The notes under the pieces are model-generated. The model ran no database searches. It saw nothing but the letters and a program-made list of their open reading frames with translations, and had not been told where the DNA came from. 64,000 nt of DNA from Ginglymostoma cirratum. Its lineage: Eukaryota. This document shows, in pieces, positions 40,719-55,121 of the stretch. Location of the stretch: positions 11,230,609-11,294,608 of the forward strand of contig JAHRHZ010000268.1 of the NCBI GenBank assembly GCA_024137785.1, in the 5' to 3' direction. Numbering within the stretch: the stretch's first letter is position 1; each line of letters opens with the position of its first letter. The position numbers and the translations under genes were made by a program.

Positions 40719-41460
40719 CCTAATCTCTTGATTTTAGGATTCTGTGTCCATTTGTTACACAAATAAGAGCCAGACGTGATTGACCTTAAAATGTGTTTTT
40801 GAGCAGAAGGTGACAAAATAATTGGTTGGTGTTGCATGCTGGGTTTTTGAGAGACGGTTGTGTGGTAATTCAAATCTGAGTTGGATGGCGGTGTAGACAG
40901 TTCCCAAATATTAACAGAGCTGAGGAAATGTGAAAAGGGAAGTAGAGAGACAAAGAGCCAATAGAATAGCTTGACAGATAATATCAGATGGAATCCAAAG
41001 GCTTTCTATTGGCATGTGAACAGTAGCATCAATCGAGGGGGAGAAAGAGGTAGAACAACCTGGTTGAGGAACAAAATGAGCACTTTGTCCTCTACTTTGG
41101 TAAACATCAATGCAATGTAAATGCCATCGCAAACCAGGAGACTGCCAGGATACTGGATGAAATAAAAATGGGTGGTGAGAAGATACTAGATAAGCAGGCT
41201 CCACACAAAGTGGATGTATTTCCTGGCCTGGATATCCAGAAGCTGCTGATCCAATCTCCTGTATTTACAAGGTGCCAAAAGTTTGGAGGATTGTGTAAAT
41301 TTACCCCCTTATCCACAAAGAAGGCGAGTAGGTAAAGCTAGCATTTAAAGGCAGGCCAGTTGATCAACAGTCGTGGGGTAATATTTATATGCAATAATCT
41401 GTGAAAATTAACACCCATTTGGTCAAGTGTAAGAGATAAAAGAAGACTCAGCAAAGTCCC

Positions 41461-42063
41461 GAACCATTTCAACTCCCCCTCCCATTCCTCAGATGACATG
41501 TCCATCCTGGGCCTCCTGCAATGCCACAGTGATACCACCCGAAGGCTGCAGGAACAGCAAATCGTATTCAGCCTGGGAACCCTGCAGCCCAATGGCATCA
41601 ATGTGGATTTCACAAGCTTCAAAATCTCCCCTCCCCTAACCGCATCCCAAAACCAGCCCAGCTCATCTCCACCTCCCTAACCTGTTTTTCCTCTCACCTC
41701 AAGCCACACCCCCATCTCCTATCTACTAACATCATCCCGCCCCCTTGACCTGTCCATCCTCCCTGGACTGACCTATCTCCTCCCTACCCTCCTACCTACA
41801 CTCACCTTTACTGGCTCCATCCCCGCCTCTTCGACTTGTCTGCCTCCTCTCCACCTATCCTCTCCTCTATCCATCCTCTATCCACCTCCCCCTCTCTCCC
41901 TATTTATTTCAGAACCCTCTTCCCCTCCCCCGTTTCTGATGAAGGGTTTAGGCCCGAAACATCAAGTTTTCCTGCTCCTATGATGCTGCTTGACCTGCTA
42001 TGTTCATCCAGCCCCATGCTTGTTATCTCGGATTCTCCAGCATCTGCAGTACCTTTTATCTCT
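41461..42063 (+). mobile_element. Penelope family A 3' fragment
   Basis: NHFNSPSHS...LGTLQPNGINVDF; near-identical to 11607-12170; hammerhead core at ~41936-41965 with ACGU changed to ACAU. Confidence 0.9.
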
Positions 42064-42199
42064 AAAGACTTATGAACAGTTGTGTTTGACAAATAATTGA
42101 GTTTTAATGAGTGCGTGAGGCCAGTGCAGCTGATATGTATATGAACTTCCACAAGTTGTTTGGTTAAGTATCACTTTAGGCTTGAAAACATATGGGATA

Positions 42200-43160
42200 A
42201 AGCGGGTATTAACAGCATGATTACAAGTCGATTAAAAGAACAAAACAGTTGTGGTAAATGCATTTTCTAAATTCTACTGTGCTGTTCCCCATGGTGTGCG
42301 GTATTAGGGCCAGGGCTATTTGGTTCTACAGGCACAATTTCAAACTTTACAGATGGATGGAATTTGGAAGCACAGGAAACAGTGAGGAAGATGGTAAAAT
42401 ACTAAATAGGAGATAAGCAGGCTGGTGGAATGAGCAGACACATGTCAGATATAATTCAGTGCAAATGGTGTAAGATGATTCATCCCAGGTAGAATGAGGA
42501 AGGACAATACTTGCTAAACGGTACAGTTTTAAAGCTGACCCAAGAAGATGCGGAGAGGTTTTTTGTACTTGTGGGAGAGTCTAGGACCAAAGCGCATAAT
42601 CTCAGCATAAGGAATTGCCCATTTAAGACTGAGGAGGAATTGCTTCTCTCAGATGATAGTGAATCTGTGGAATTCTTTACCGCAAAGGGCTGTTGTGGCT
42701 GGTTCATCAAGTATATTCAAAGTGGAGATGGACAGATTTTTACTCAGTAAGGGAATCGACAATTATATTGGAAAGGTAGGGAAGTAGAGTTGAGGGATGT
42801 CAAATTAGCTATGATCTCATTCAGTGGTGGTGCAAACTCAATGTGCTGGATGTACTACTATTCCTACATCTAAGAGACATGAGGGTGTTTGTGCACAAAT
42901 CTTTTGAGATGTCAAGATGGAGTTAACAAAGAAGTTAAGAAAATGCATAGGGTTCTGGGTTTTATAAGTAAAGGCAGAGTACAAAAATCAGGAAGTCATA
43001 TTGAACCAACACAAAATGTTAGTGTGGCTTTGGCTGAAGTGATGTTCTGGGCAATTTAGGAAGGACCTGATGGCTGATGAGAGAGCAGAGAAGAGACTTA
43101 CTGAAATTGTTTCAGAAATTATTGATTAGTTATTTTAGGGAGATTTCATGGAGATATTTC
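42200..43160 (+). mobile_element. Old CR1 fragments
   Basis: gagagtctaggacc...aaggaattgcccatttaagactgag; gagtacaaaaatcaggaagtcat. Confidence 0.55.
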
Positions 43161-46100
43161 AAACCTTGGATTTAGATTGAGCAAACAAAAATAAAACAAA
43201 AACAAAAATAAACTTCCTAATGGCTGAAGGGTCGCTAAAGAGAGGGCAAAAGAACCACAAGCAACGATGTATAGGATGGGCCGAGGGGCTAAAAGCTAAT
43301 GATGGTATTTGACAGCTGCATGAGAAAGTAGATTGTATAGGATGGGAAAATAGGCTGGGAAAGTTACTAATGATACTCGACAAGCTGCATGACCTTGAAT
43401 GAGTCCTGTGAACACTCCTTTATGGGCTGAAGATGACACCTGCAGCTTGGTTTCCTGTAGCTGTGTTTTCTGTACTAGCTAGTAGTTTTGACTTCTGTAT
43501 CTGCTGCTCTGTGCTGGCTGTTTGTCACACTGTATATGAGAGAGAGAGCTAGAGTCGTTCCAAGTCACTGGACTTCACCTCGGACCAGGATCCCAAATGG
43601 TGCCAGGAACAACCTCAGCCTCCAGACTAGCCTTTAATCGAGGGGTCCCAGAAGGGGGTGAGGCTTATTGTTTTCTCTCCTCACTTTTTTTCATTCTTTT
43701 TATTTACGTAATAAATGATCCTTTCTTTGATAGTCATTTATTATTACTCAATAAATATTCATATTTAAGCAAATTGCTGTTGTTGAGCTTTCTGTTAACT
43801 ACATTTAACCAAATCTGAAAAGAACTGCTTAGATACACTGTGAGCCAAGTCAAATAATCAGCTAAACCTTTTTTATGCAACATGTTATTAGCATTGGGAA
43901 TGTTCTGCATGATAGCCTGAAGAATACAAATTAAATATTATCCTTCAGAAGGGAATTGTATATATACATTGTCACATAAATTAGAGATTTGGCAAAAGAG
44001 TAGGCAAGTGGGACTTATTGAATTCCTCTTCAGAGGCGTTGCCACAACCTGATGGTCAATTGGCCGCTTTCTGTTCTGTACTGTTTGATGTTTGGCCAAC
44101 TTAGTTGCGTATGCTCATTCAGAATGGCAGTCACTCTGTTCCTAAGTTTGTAAGAATAAACGGGTACTAAATATCAATAAAGATGAGAAGAAACAAGGGT
44201 GGCTGAAAGAGAGAATTAATCTCAGCAGTATCAGATTGAATCCATAAATGTCAAGTTAGGTCCCTCCAAGTAGGCTCTTTTGTGTTTATTTTTCTAATAG
44301 AACACAAACAGAAGTTGAACTATTTGTTCCAAGTGGCCATCACGAGATGGTGTTCTATACATTTTGTTTATGATGGAATTAAACAATTTATGAACAAACT
44401 CAAATGTCCCTCCCCTAGATCCACCTTTAGAGCGGGAGATTAAGCAAACATAGGTAATTGCTTCAAGATCAGGTCTGGATTTCACTTGCTGGTTAGACTT
44501 GCACATTAGGCAATAAAAAGGCAATGAACCAATTCCTATATTGAAAAGGTACTAACAGTGGCTGTTTATATTGTATTTTCATGTTTTATTTGCTGCTTCC
44601 CCCTTGGAGAACAGTGTGGAGTATTGGAGAGTTTGAAGGCTGATTATCAACGTTGATAGCTGTGTTGAATATCCTTCCTTGGCTGGTCAAGTTCTGAAGT
44701 GGAATTTAACCTGATGTCTCTTGGCTCAGAGATAAGAGTAGTGCACACAGAGCCACACGACCTTCAATGTACAATGATTACTATTAGTTAAGCTGCGCAT
44801 ATATCTGCGACAAATATGAAGCCTTTAGGCCTAGGAATATAACCTTAAAAAAAAGGCATCGCACATAAAAATAACTTTAGACCCTTAATTCTGCTCCTTG
44901 TACAGACTTCAGTGAACATAGCTTGCCTATTTGATTTCCTGAGAGGAACTTAACCTATATATATTGCAATTCTCATTCCACCTAGACAGGATTCATCCCA
45001 GTCACACAGGAACTATAGTGGTTTATGAAAGTATTTGGTATTTTGTTTTGCACCTAGCCCAATTTTCATAATTTAATTACATTTTTGATTGATTTGTAAA
45101 TTCTTCCCTCAAGCTACCTGCCTTCTTGGTGTTCCTGAGACTAAAATCAACTGCGTTGATTCCAAGGTCCAGTGAGCCCCGATTAATCAATTTGAATGAT
45201 ACAGTGGTATTTCCAGATGTCAAATGTATTTTTAAAAGATGAGCACAGTATTTTTCAATGCTATTGAGTGAAAAGAAGACATACTACTGAGTAAGTGAAA
45301 AACATCACCAATGGAGTCTACTAAGGATCTATCTTTGGCCCACTCCCTTTCCTTCCTCTGCATGCTGTTCCTTGACATCATCATCTGCAGACATGGGTTT
45401 GGTTTACATATGTATACTTAGGATGCTCTGCTGTGATGCCACTTTTTTGCTTTCAGTATGTCTGTCTGATATGATCTTGGCAAAACACTCACATTTATCC
45501 TAAACTGCACTGAAATCGCTGATCATTTTATCTTTGTCAACATCTCCCCCAGTGCATGGTAGTTTTGTTGCTCAATGGTCTGAGACTGGTCAATGTTATG
45601 ATTAGATTCTGTACCTTTTTGTGACAATTATACTTGAATAATATGTTATGGATTTTCTTTATTTGAAACTACTGATTGAACAATTAGTATTCTGGACAGG
45701 AATATCAATCTTGAAACACGTGTTCTGATTTTACTTTATTAACCTTATGTTCAAATATATTTACCTGAAAATGCTGCATTTCTTTTCAAACATCAAGCAA
45801 TCAATTTGTCTTAAATTTAAAATATGCCGTTAAGGATTGCATTTGCACCTGGAATTCAATAATATCAGCCCACATTGAATTGGATCAGAAATCCATACAA
45901 TTGTTTCATTTCAATAGATGTCTAACAGTGCATCCTAACTTGTTTAGAGGGCAAAACTGCAGTTTATCGGTACCACCCCAATTCATTTTTACACCCAAAC
46001 AGTGCTGTTCTGGTTCTTTAAGAGGAAGGAAATGTGTTTCTAGGGCACCATTGTGATCTGAGGGCAGTATTGTTTGATAGGCGAGTTACTGGATCCAGTT

Positions 46101-46624
46101 TTATACATTTTGAGCAAATGGTTTATAGCATTCCTGAGGCCATTTGTTCAGCTTATCCATGCCAGTCTTATGTATTGAGGTTTTTCACTTCCTTCTTTGT
46201 CTAACTCTGTCAGCATTATTCATTGTTCCCTTTTCCTACATGCTGATCCAGTCTCTCTCTAATTGATTCTATACTATTCACCTCTACTATTTAGCAGTGG
46301 TATCAAAGTTCACTTCTCACCATGCTCTGAGTAAAGAGGTCTCTTTTCAATTTTTAAAATTTGATTTTGGTGAATATTTTATAATGATGGCCTCTGGTTT
46401 CCCCTGCGCCATAAACTGAAACACTAACAAAAATGAACCAAACTGACATCTTTAAGGGGTCTCGGTTCCTTCTTCAAAATACCACTGTTGCATCATGTTT
46501 AAATTCAGGAAAGCCTTGCATTGCAATAGTATTTGTTATGGTGGGAACTCAATGTGTACATTAAATTGCACCACATTAAATTTTAAGAAAATACAGCCTT
46601 CAAGATATCATTGTTTCATTAAAC

Positions 46625-46757
46625 AAAAAGTAAAGATCTGTGGATGCTGAAAATCTGAAAAATAAACAGAAATAGCTTGTGAAAATCCATAGGTCCGGCA
46701 GCTTCTGGGGAGAGAAAATAAAGCCTATGTTTTGGATCCAGTGACCCTTCTTCAGAA
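46625..46757 (-). mobile_element. Penelope-like terminal fragment (third subfamily), degenerate hammerhead
   Basis: tggatgctgaaaatctgaaa...ggatccagtgacccttcttcag (minus strand CTGAAGA-AGGGTC...GATCC). Confidence 0.6.
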
Positions 46758-49700
46758 CTGGTTTCTGTGAATATTATGCATGATCTCTAAAATGTCAATG
46801 TATTGTTCTGTTAAATGTGCAGTTTTAGTGTCAGACTAAATCAGATTGATCAATTTCCTTAGAAGGCAGAGATTCATCTTGGTACTGTAGCGTGTGATTA
46901 TCAGGATATCCTGGATAATTGTTAACATCTTCCCACAAGAGCAAAGCAATTTGCTAACTTAAATTGTAGACTTCCTACTATTGAAACGCTGTTTATCAAA
47001 TCCTCCCACTTGTCTTGCAGTCCACTTGCGAGGTTATTTGTAAAGGGACTTTTTATTAACCCTTCATAGGTTAAAAATCATCCTGATTTGGATGGATAAC
47101 CCTCATGCATTGTTCTTCCTAATTTATAGACTGCATTGGAAATCAGTTCAGATATCCTCCAACTTCATCAAAAATAAAAGCAATCAGCTCTGCAGCAATT
47201 ATCTTGCTGCAACAAGAGCTTTAACCTGACAAAATATTCATCATCTCATACTTGAGCAAGTCTGGGATGTCACTGGTTACCTATAAATCTGCAAGTTCCC
47301 ATTCCGGAATGAAGCAAGAATCCGATGTTCTTCAATGTGGAAGCATCCCATGTTGAGAAGTTCCTTTATATCAAAACATACAAGTACAAACAATATGCAA
47401 ACCTCTAATTTGAAGGTGTGATTTTTTTCAAATTCAAGTATTTTTGACTTATGCACACAATTTATTCAACAACTTCTATCCATTTTTTAGTTATCACCCA
47501 TCATATGTTTTAATAATCACTTGGTTCAGACTTTGTTGTCTGAGGCAAAAGAATAAGCTTGCCATTCATTGCATTTACACTTGCTCTTGGAAATTTGCAG
47601 ATTTTTACACCATAGTTTGCAGTTTTCAGTGAAAATAGTCCATCTGTGGACTGTGTTAACAGGACACATGTATGTCCTCAACCAAACAGAAGAATCTTTT
47701 CTAAAGCACATGCAGTCTGAATCAGCAAGTGTACTTTACAGTGTTTGACATACAGAAAATAAATTGAATAGAACAAACGATGAGATAGAAAGAATGGTGG
47801 ATTTTTTTAAAATATGGTTCACATTTGGAAATGAAGTTAGTAGGCAGTAATTTAAGACTTGGACCCTTAAAACTTCATTTATATTTAAGCAGGCAAACTG
47901 TAAATAATTACTGTTTTAGTGGTGTCATGCTACAGCTTCCCACTATTTATATACCTGAATGCCAAGTCTCACAATGAGCTATGTTTTAGCAAAGCTTCTG
48001 GAGCAGGAGAGCTCTGATTTTCATGTTTAACTGCTCTTGCAGTTACAATATGTTGTCTGATTTTACTCATTGATAACAGCGAGGGCTGTAAATACCACCA
48101 AGATTAATGCAAATTCTGACCCATTGTACATTCTGGTCACATAGTCTTTATTCGGATGTGGTTTTGAAATCAGTTTGCTAGCTGGAGGATACTGCTGCAG
48201 AGCGTTTCTTGAGTTGGTTTTGCCTGTGGTCTACATAGTGCAGGTTTTTGAGTTTGTTCATGGCCTCTGTGTTGTAGTCTTGTAAAGGCCCACCATGTCC
48301 TGCATGCATGCTTACTCTGCTATTGGATGGAATTGTTGTCCTTACTTGGTGTTCTCCTCAGTGTGCAATGAAATCAATTTTTACTTTGTCTCCGTGCGTT
48401 TTGTAAGTTAGACCTTGTAGAGAATCCATTAATTGGCTGGAGTTTGTAACATTCAAATCATTATATATTCTTAGGCTTGATGCATTTGACTCTGTATAGG
48501 AACAGAGGCAGGATCCGGTTGGATGGTTTTAAAAGGTCACTCAAATCGGTGTCAGTGAACAGTCAATGCGTCAGCCAAGAGCAGTGATGGCTAGAACCAA
48601 ACAACTGACATGTTGTTAGCCCTGAGCAGGGTGGGGCTGAGGGCTGTTCAGTGAAGCCCTTGGTAGCGCCTTAAAGTTGGGGCTCAGAGAAGCTTGTGGA
48701 TGGTCGGTCACTCTGTGCTAATAGGCAGCCAGGTCTCAGAGAAACACTGCTCCGTTCAACAGCAGCCGAATGTCAGAGAGCAGGCCCTTGAACAAAGGAA
48801 GGCCAGGAAGCAACAATTGTGTGTAATGAAGCTGGTAGTTGGGGCAGTGGAATTCCTGTTGAGGACTAGCGAGATTCTGCTCAGAAAAGCTAGAGAGCTG
48901 GACTGTACCATTGACTAGATTCTGGAATGTGGCCTTGTCAGTCTAGTGGGGTGCCATCGCAGGTGGAGAGATTGTTCACCTCCTGGTCATTCAAGCCATC
49001 CACGTTAGAGCAGCTTTTAGGAGAACTTTGTCTTTAAATCTCTGTCCTCCTCATTACAGACTTCAAAGAATATGACTCTTGGTGTTCTCTGACCTGTGGA
49101 AGATTATTCTAGAACTCTATAAAGCACTAGTTAGTGATAAACATTAATCAATGAATTACAGGAAGATTGTAATCACACTAGAGGCAGTATCGGAAATATT
49201 TACAAGAATGAAGCCAGGAAGAGGGAGTTTCAATTAGGAGAAAAGGTGGCTTTGACTTAGTTTCTTTCCTTGGAAACAGAGGAGCTTAAAGGAAAATTTA
49301 ATTAAGGTATATAAAATTGAGGGGCCTGATTGAGTGGATGGGAAGGATCTGTTTCTGACAGCAGAATGTTAAGTAACAAGGGGTAACAGATGTAAAGTAT
49401 TTGGAAGGATTAGATGGGAACTTGGAGTTCTTTCACCCAGAGTGAAGTGGGCCTTGTTCAGTTCTGCAGGTCCACTGCAATAAGCAAGTCAGTCAGGGAA
49501 GCTGCACAGAAACGAGTCAGGGGTCTGGCCAATGAGGGCCATGCAAGTCTGTCTGGGGGTGGGCCATCAGCCCTGGGGGTCTGCAAAATGAAAGGCAAGG
49601 AGGGGTTATCAGAGGACACTGCCGTGGTGGAGAAGTGTGAGAACTCAGGTCTGGGGAGTGGCAACAACCTTTGATGACGAGGTAAAGGGTCTAGTGGATT

Positions 49701-50889
49701 TTTATGTATGATTGTTTGGAGAAGCGGGGCTCATGCCTGGGAGAACACGGGATACTGCGGGGGGTGGATATCGACTGTCAACACCACTCTGGGGTGGCGG
49801 TGTTGCTGTAGAGCATGGTGGACATGACTAAACTGTATAGCCAGGGATCAGGGTAATGGTGAGAGCTGCAATGTAATTCCAGGTAGCGTGTTGGAGCATG
49901 TTGTGGTTCAGCACTGCTGAGCTGTCGGTTTGTGCCAGGAGGAAGTTCAGGGAAGTTCCTTGATGACCATGCAGAGCCTGCGACTCGATGTGCCAAGTGA
50001 GACCCGCCTTGCTTTCTATGTTCAATCGACTCCTGGATGCAAACTGTGAATGGGAAATGGCTGTGACCACACCACGTGTGGGTGAAGCCAGCACTTTGTT
50101 TTCTGTTTTCTGAGCAAAGTGAGGTGCTTCAAGGAGCAATTCTATTAAACAAGTCCTTCCACAGTACAGTTTGAAGTCATCTGGAATCATAGCATCGTGC
50201 ACATGAGATGCAAGCCGTGTCCTAACTGTGTGGGGTGCAAATGCTAAGCAAGCATCTTGATCATGTCATTGCTCATTGCCTATTGAAAATAGCCATCACT
50301 GTGAGGCAGTAGTAATCACGACAACCTTAAAAGGGGCACTTGTAGGCCACAAGACACAAAGATAATGAAAGATCTCATAGGCTGCAAAACGGCACGGAAT
50401 TGATTCCCTCCCCTTGAACTGTGAATACTCTGACGTGCTCTAGTATGCAATGCCGCCTTTCTTGGCTGATGTGAAGCTGGGAGCACACGGTCTCCGTACT
50501 CTGGCAGCACTCACAATCTCCTATCTCCTTGTAATGTGACTCAACGTCCAATGTCAAAGTTCCTTATCGAGGCATTTTACGGCCCTCCTTATCAGAGAGC
50601 TCCATGTCCCACTTTATGAAAGAGTATGCTAAACCATCCTTAGTGAATGATGTAAATACTGACTGCTCACATTGTGAAGGAGCTGTTCAGTTTCTTACAT
50701 TCTACAGTTTCGTTGCAAGCATGACCAGTGGATCCAGCCGCTGCAGGAGTTGCTGTGGCTGCAGTGCAATGAAGGAGCTGAGAAATGGAAGAGGAACAGA
50801 TGCACCAACAATTGCTAAACAGCCTTCACATGAAGATGTTGCAGCTGAAGGTCCTGTCAGAGTGGCACAGGACATCTTCAATGCTATTT

Positions 50890-52330
50890 CCTCTAGATGA
50901 GCAAGGCGTAGTATCATGGCAGACTGATATGTCTCAGGACACTGTCACAGAACTATGTAAACTCTTGGAGTGGGACATAGAGTGAATTGTCATCCTCACC
51001 TGGTGATAGTCAAGGTGACACCTGCATTGAGCTTTTATGCAACTGCCTCCTTCCAAAGATCCGCAGCAACCGCCCTCCCCCGGCACACCCCCTCCCCCCA
51101 CCACCTCTCCATGTGGGATCCTTCAATCCTCTACCCACAAGTGTAACAAGGCAGTTACTGATGCTGTTTGTGCCAGATCTCAGTGCTTGATCTCATTTCT
51201 GCATGACAGGTCAGCGATGCAGTCCAAGCAGTCAGCTTTGGCAACATCACTGGCTTCCCCTAGGTCTAGAGAGTGATGGACTGTACACATATTACACGGA
51301 GATAGCCATATTGTAGCACAGCTGAGTTTACCAACAGAAAAGGGTTCCGCTTCATCAAGGTGCAAGTCATAAATGGTCATTGGTACCACATCTTTGAAAT
51401 CTGCCCCAGGTTTCCTACAAACTGCCATCATGCCTATATCCTTGAGAATTCTCTGATTCTTATAGTCTTTCAAGAATGAGAGACTGGACTCCAATAACCA
51501 ATGTGACAAGGGCTGTTGACCCATAACTTCTTTACTAAGGTAGAGTGTTGATACATTGAAGTCCATTCTTCAACCATGTAGATAGAGCCCTGCAACACAG
51601 AAACGGATCTTTCGGTCCAACTAGTCAATGCCGACTAAGTTTCCCAAACTAATCTAGTCCCACTTGCCTGCATTTGGCCCATATCCGTCTAAACCTTTCC
51701 TATTCATTATAACTGTACAAATGTCTCTCAAACGTTGTAACTGTACCTGCATCTATCACTTTCTCTGGCAGTTCATTCCACACATGAACCACCATTTGTT
51801 TGGAAAAAGATGCCCCTCACGTCCCTTTTAAATCTCTCTTCTCTCACCTTGAAAATATGCCCCCAAGTTTTGAATTTCCTCACCTTAGGGAAAAAAATCT
51901 TTGCTATTCACCTTACCCATGCCCCTCATGATTTTATCCATCTCTGTAAGGTCACCCCCAACCTCCTATGCTCCAGTGGAAAAAGCACCAGCTTATCCAG
52001 CCTCTCCTTTTAAACGAATCCTCGTGTCTCAGTACATCCTGATAAATCTTTTCTGAACCATTTCCAGTTTAATAATATCCTTCTTACAGCAGGCCAACCA
52101 GAACTGTGCACAGACGATGGGCATCCAGATGGCGAGTTTCTGCTGTTTGGATTGACCTTTGGCTGAAACTGGGGGACACTCCAGAGAGAATGTGCCGCAT
52201 AATCCTAGCATGCTGTGCTCTGCAAAAAGGGGATGTGATGGAAGCTGAAACACTAGGAGAGCAGCAGCAGTCCTCTGAGGAATTAGATAAGAACATTATG
52301 CAAGAGGGACATCATAGTCTGCATGATACA
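50890..52330 (+). pseudogene. Fossil PIF/Harbinger DDE transposase (HARBI1-like), split by a CR1 insertion
   Basis: Collinear decayed motifs: SQDTVTELCKLL, YATASFQ, HKCNKAVTDAVCARS, FGNITGFP*V*RVMDCTHI (~51237-51293), and after the CR1, FCCLD...TPERMCRIILACCAL. Confidence 0.7.
51578..52110 (-). mobile_element. CR1 LINE 3' fragment
   Basis: CAQFW...KKDIIKLEMVQKRFIRM on the minus strand plus the CR1 3' UTR. Confidence 0.85.
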
Positions 52331-52374
52331 GCATAGCAACATCAGGCACAACAAACCAGTCAGGACTTGATTGA

Positions 52375-52495
52375 GAGATAGTAGGAACTGCCAAAGCTGG
52401 GGTCTGAGATAACAAGGTGTGGAGCTGGAGAAACACAGTAGGCCAGGCAGCATCAGAGGAGCAGGAAAGCTGATGTTTTGGGTCGGGACCCTTCT
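52375..52495 (-). mobile_element. Short Penelope terminal insertion with 15-bp TSD
   Basis: TSD tcaggacttgattga at 52360-52374 and 52496-52510. Confidence 0.85.
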
Positions 52496-55121
52496 TCAGG
52501 ACTTGATTGACACCCATTTCCAGTAGATGAGAGCTGGGCATAGTGATCATTTATTGCTTGCAAAATTGTTGATTCTTGAAAGGCATGCTGTGCGTTTCTG
52601 TTCAGAGGCAATTGCAGCTTCTGTGCGCTTGTTTCCTTTAGTTTTTGTGATTGCTGAGTGAAAGTGAATGCTTTTAAGTGTTTGAAGGCTTTCCAGTATG
52701 TAATAGCCCCCCTTTGAACAATGTTGATAAGATGCTGGGCTACACTGGGCATTGGAAAAAGAATAACTTATGTAGGGTTATAGGATACAATATGTCTATT
52801 TACATGCTTAGTGGCTTGAAGGTCAAACAGCAACAGGTGTACAAGTGTGCACTTGCAAGTCCAATGAATTGTCAGCTGTACCACTTACTTTTGCAAAGTA
52901 TTGGTTTGTGGTTCTTGTACTACTCTGTACACAGTGAAGGACAACTCCAGATTGTTAATGTTTTAGTGGGCGCACGACTAGGCTTCAAGGATGGTACTGA
53001 CGCCAGGAATCGCAACAGTGGTGAGATCATCCAGCTGTGGAGAGTGAAAGAAAAGGACAAGTGAGACACCATTGGGTCACTGTGCATAGTTAGCGACGTG
53101 AGTTTGAGATGATAGGAAGCAAAAACTCACCCAGCCTCATAGAGACATACTCTCTGTGAAACCTGCTGAAAGGATTCAGTCCCAAGTGTAGCAACTGCAG
53201 AGCTACAGACCTAGGGGTTGGAAGGTGGGATTCAACTTTTTAGCTGGCACAATAGGCCACCTGAGTCCTAAAACTTTCTATGTTTCTACCTTTAATAACT
53301 TACAGTTATTAAAGTTAGAGCCTTGGGGGATAAATAATCTTTCTTACAATGTCTAGAAACAGCAGTGCTAAAGGAATACGCGAAAGAAGCTAGGCACAGT
53401 TGAGGCTCTGTTCTGTCAAGTTCAATAGAAGAAATTTAGCCAATGTCTGCAGTGGCTAGGAGTAGAATCTCTAGTGTGAAGCAGAAAATTCGTACAAGTT
53501 TCTACATTATCAGCATCATTCACTTTGAAAGAGGACAGCAACAATCATTACACACTTGAGGAAAGGAATTGTCTTCCCTCTAAATCCATAACTTTAGAAT
53601 GGTTGGTAAGCGTCTTGCTCACTCCAAAGCTCAAAGAGTTCTACAATGATATAATCAATCCTTGTAGAAGCTGGGGAAACGACAACAGCGAGAAACTATT
53701 ACATTCATAGTCAGGATCTTCTGCAGGTCTAAGAATAACTGTTCTTGGGATGTTTCCCTCTTATGGTTAGAGAAAGGCATTCAGCCAAATTCAGAATGGA
53801 AAAGTAATGTTTTGCTGTTGGAGTTCTATAATAAGCTCTGGCAGCCTTCAATGGATGTAATGATTTTGCATGAAGTCACTGACACTGTGGGAATTCAACC
53901 ATATAGATGCTTCAGACTGGCTCGCTACCAGGAAAATAATAACTGCAGTGCTGCAATTTTAAAAGTGCCTACCATAAATCTTTTAGAAACAGGCAATGCT
54001 GGGTACAGTGAAAGACAAAAAAGGGTGCAATGGAATTTCTCTCCCGGTTATTTAGCTGAGTGGGGACAAAGGGATTTCGATAATTGATTTCAGTTACTGG
54101 ATGTTCACTTCCACAGCTATGTGTATTGTTCACGATGTGATTCAGTTACTCAGGAATTCATAGTGAGACGGATGCACAGCAACTTCGACCTGTGTTGTTT
54201 TTAGCTTTTCTGCTGCAAATCCAGCTGTTATCTTCAACAAGCCATGCATACACATTTATCTAGTTCAGTAGGCTTCGGAAATCACCAAACGGCTATATTA
54301 TGTGCAAAAACTATTCCATTGTACTTCAGTGATCCAGAGATCTTAATAATAAGACTCTTGTCTACAAACCACGCTTTACAGATCACTTCAAATTACATCA
54401 GTGCTAAGTTTCCTAATAGCATAAATGTATTTATCCTGTTACCTCTTAATTGTAATAGTTAAGAATGTGAATTTTTAAATTCATTTCTAAAATCTGGGTG
54501 TTGTTGGCAATTAAAGCAGAAATTTGCTGTTCTTGTAATGCTGTGGCAAGCCACCTCAAACTGTGAGGCTGTATAGTGAAGGTAATCCTGCAATATTGTT
54601 AGACAATGAGTTCCCAGATTTTGACTTAAGCCATTGTGAGGATAATAGTGATTTGTATCAAATCCATTATGGTACTTGACTTGGATGTAATGCACCTGCC
54701 CTTGTCCTTCTGGTTGGTGTAGTTGGCTGATTTCTGCAGTTTATGATGAAGATGGCCTAAATCACACAGCCTCTGATCAACACCAGCACTATCTGAGAAG
54801 AATAAGAAGTGACATGATTGAAACATCAGACCCTGAGTCGTGTTGATGAGGTTGCTATAAGGATGTAGGTAAATCTAGAACCAGGGACTATGATTTACAA
54901 TTAAGAGGTCACTCATTTAAGACTCAGCTGAGGCAAAGATAAAATTCACTGTGAGGATTGTACGTCTTTGCAACTCCCTTCCTCAAAGGCAGTAGAAGCA
55001 GAGTCTCTAAATATTTTTAAGACAGATGTAGATAATTCCTTGGTAAGCAAGGGAACAAAAGGAAGTCAGGGTTAGATGAAAATGTGGAGTTGAGGTTACA
55101 TACAGATCAGACATGATTTTC

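Noticed and set aside
48250-48950. Possible LINE endonuclease remnant on the minus strand (CFSETWL)
   Set aside because: Only one short motif is convincing; too decayed to delimit.
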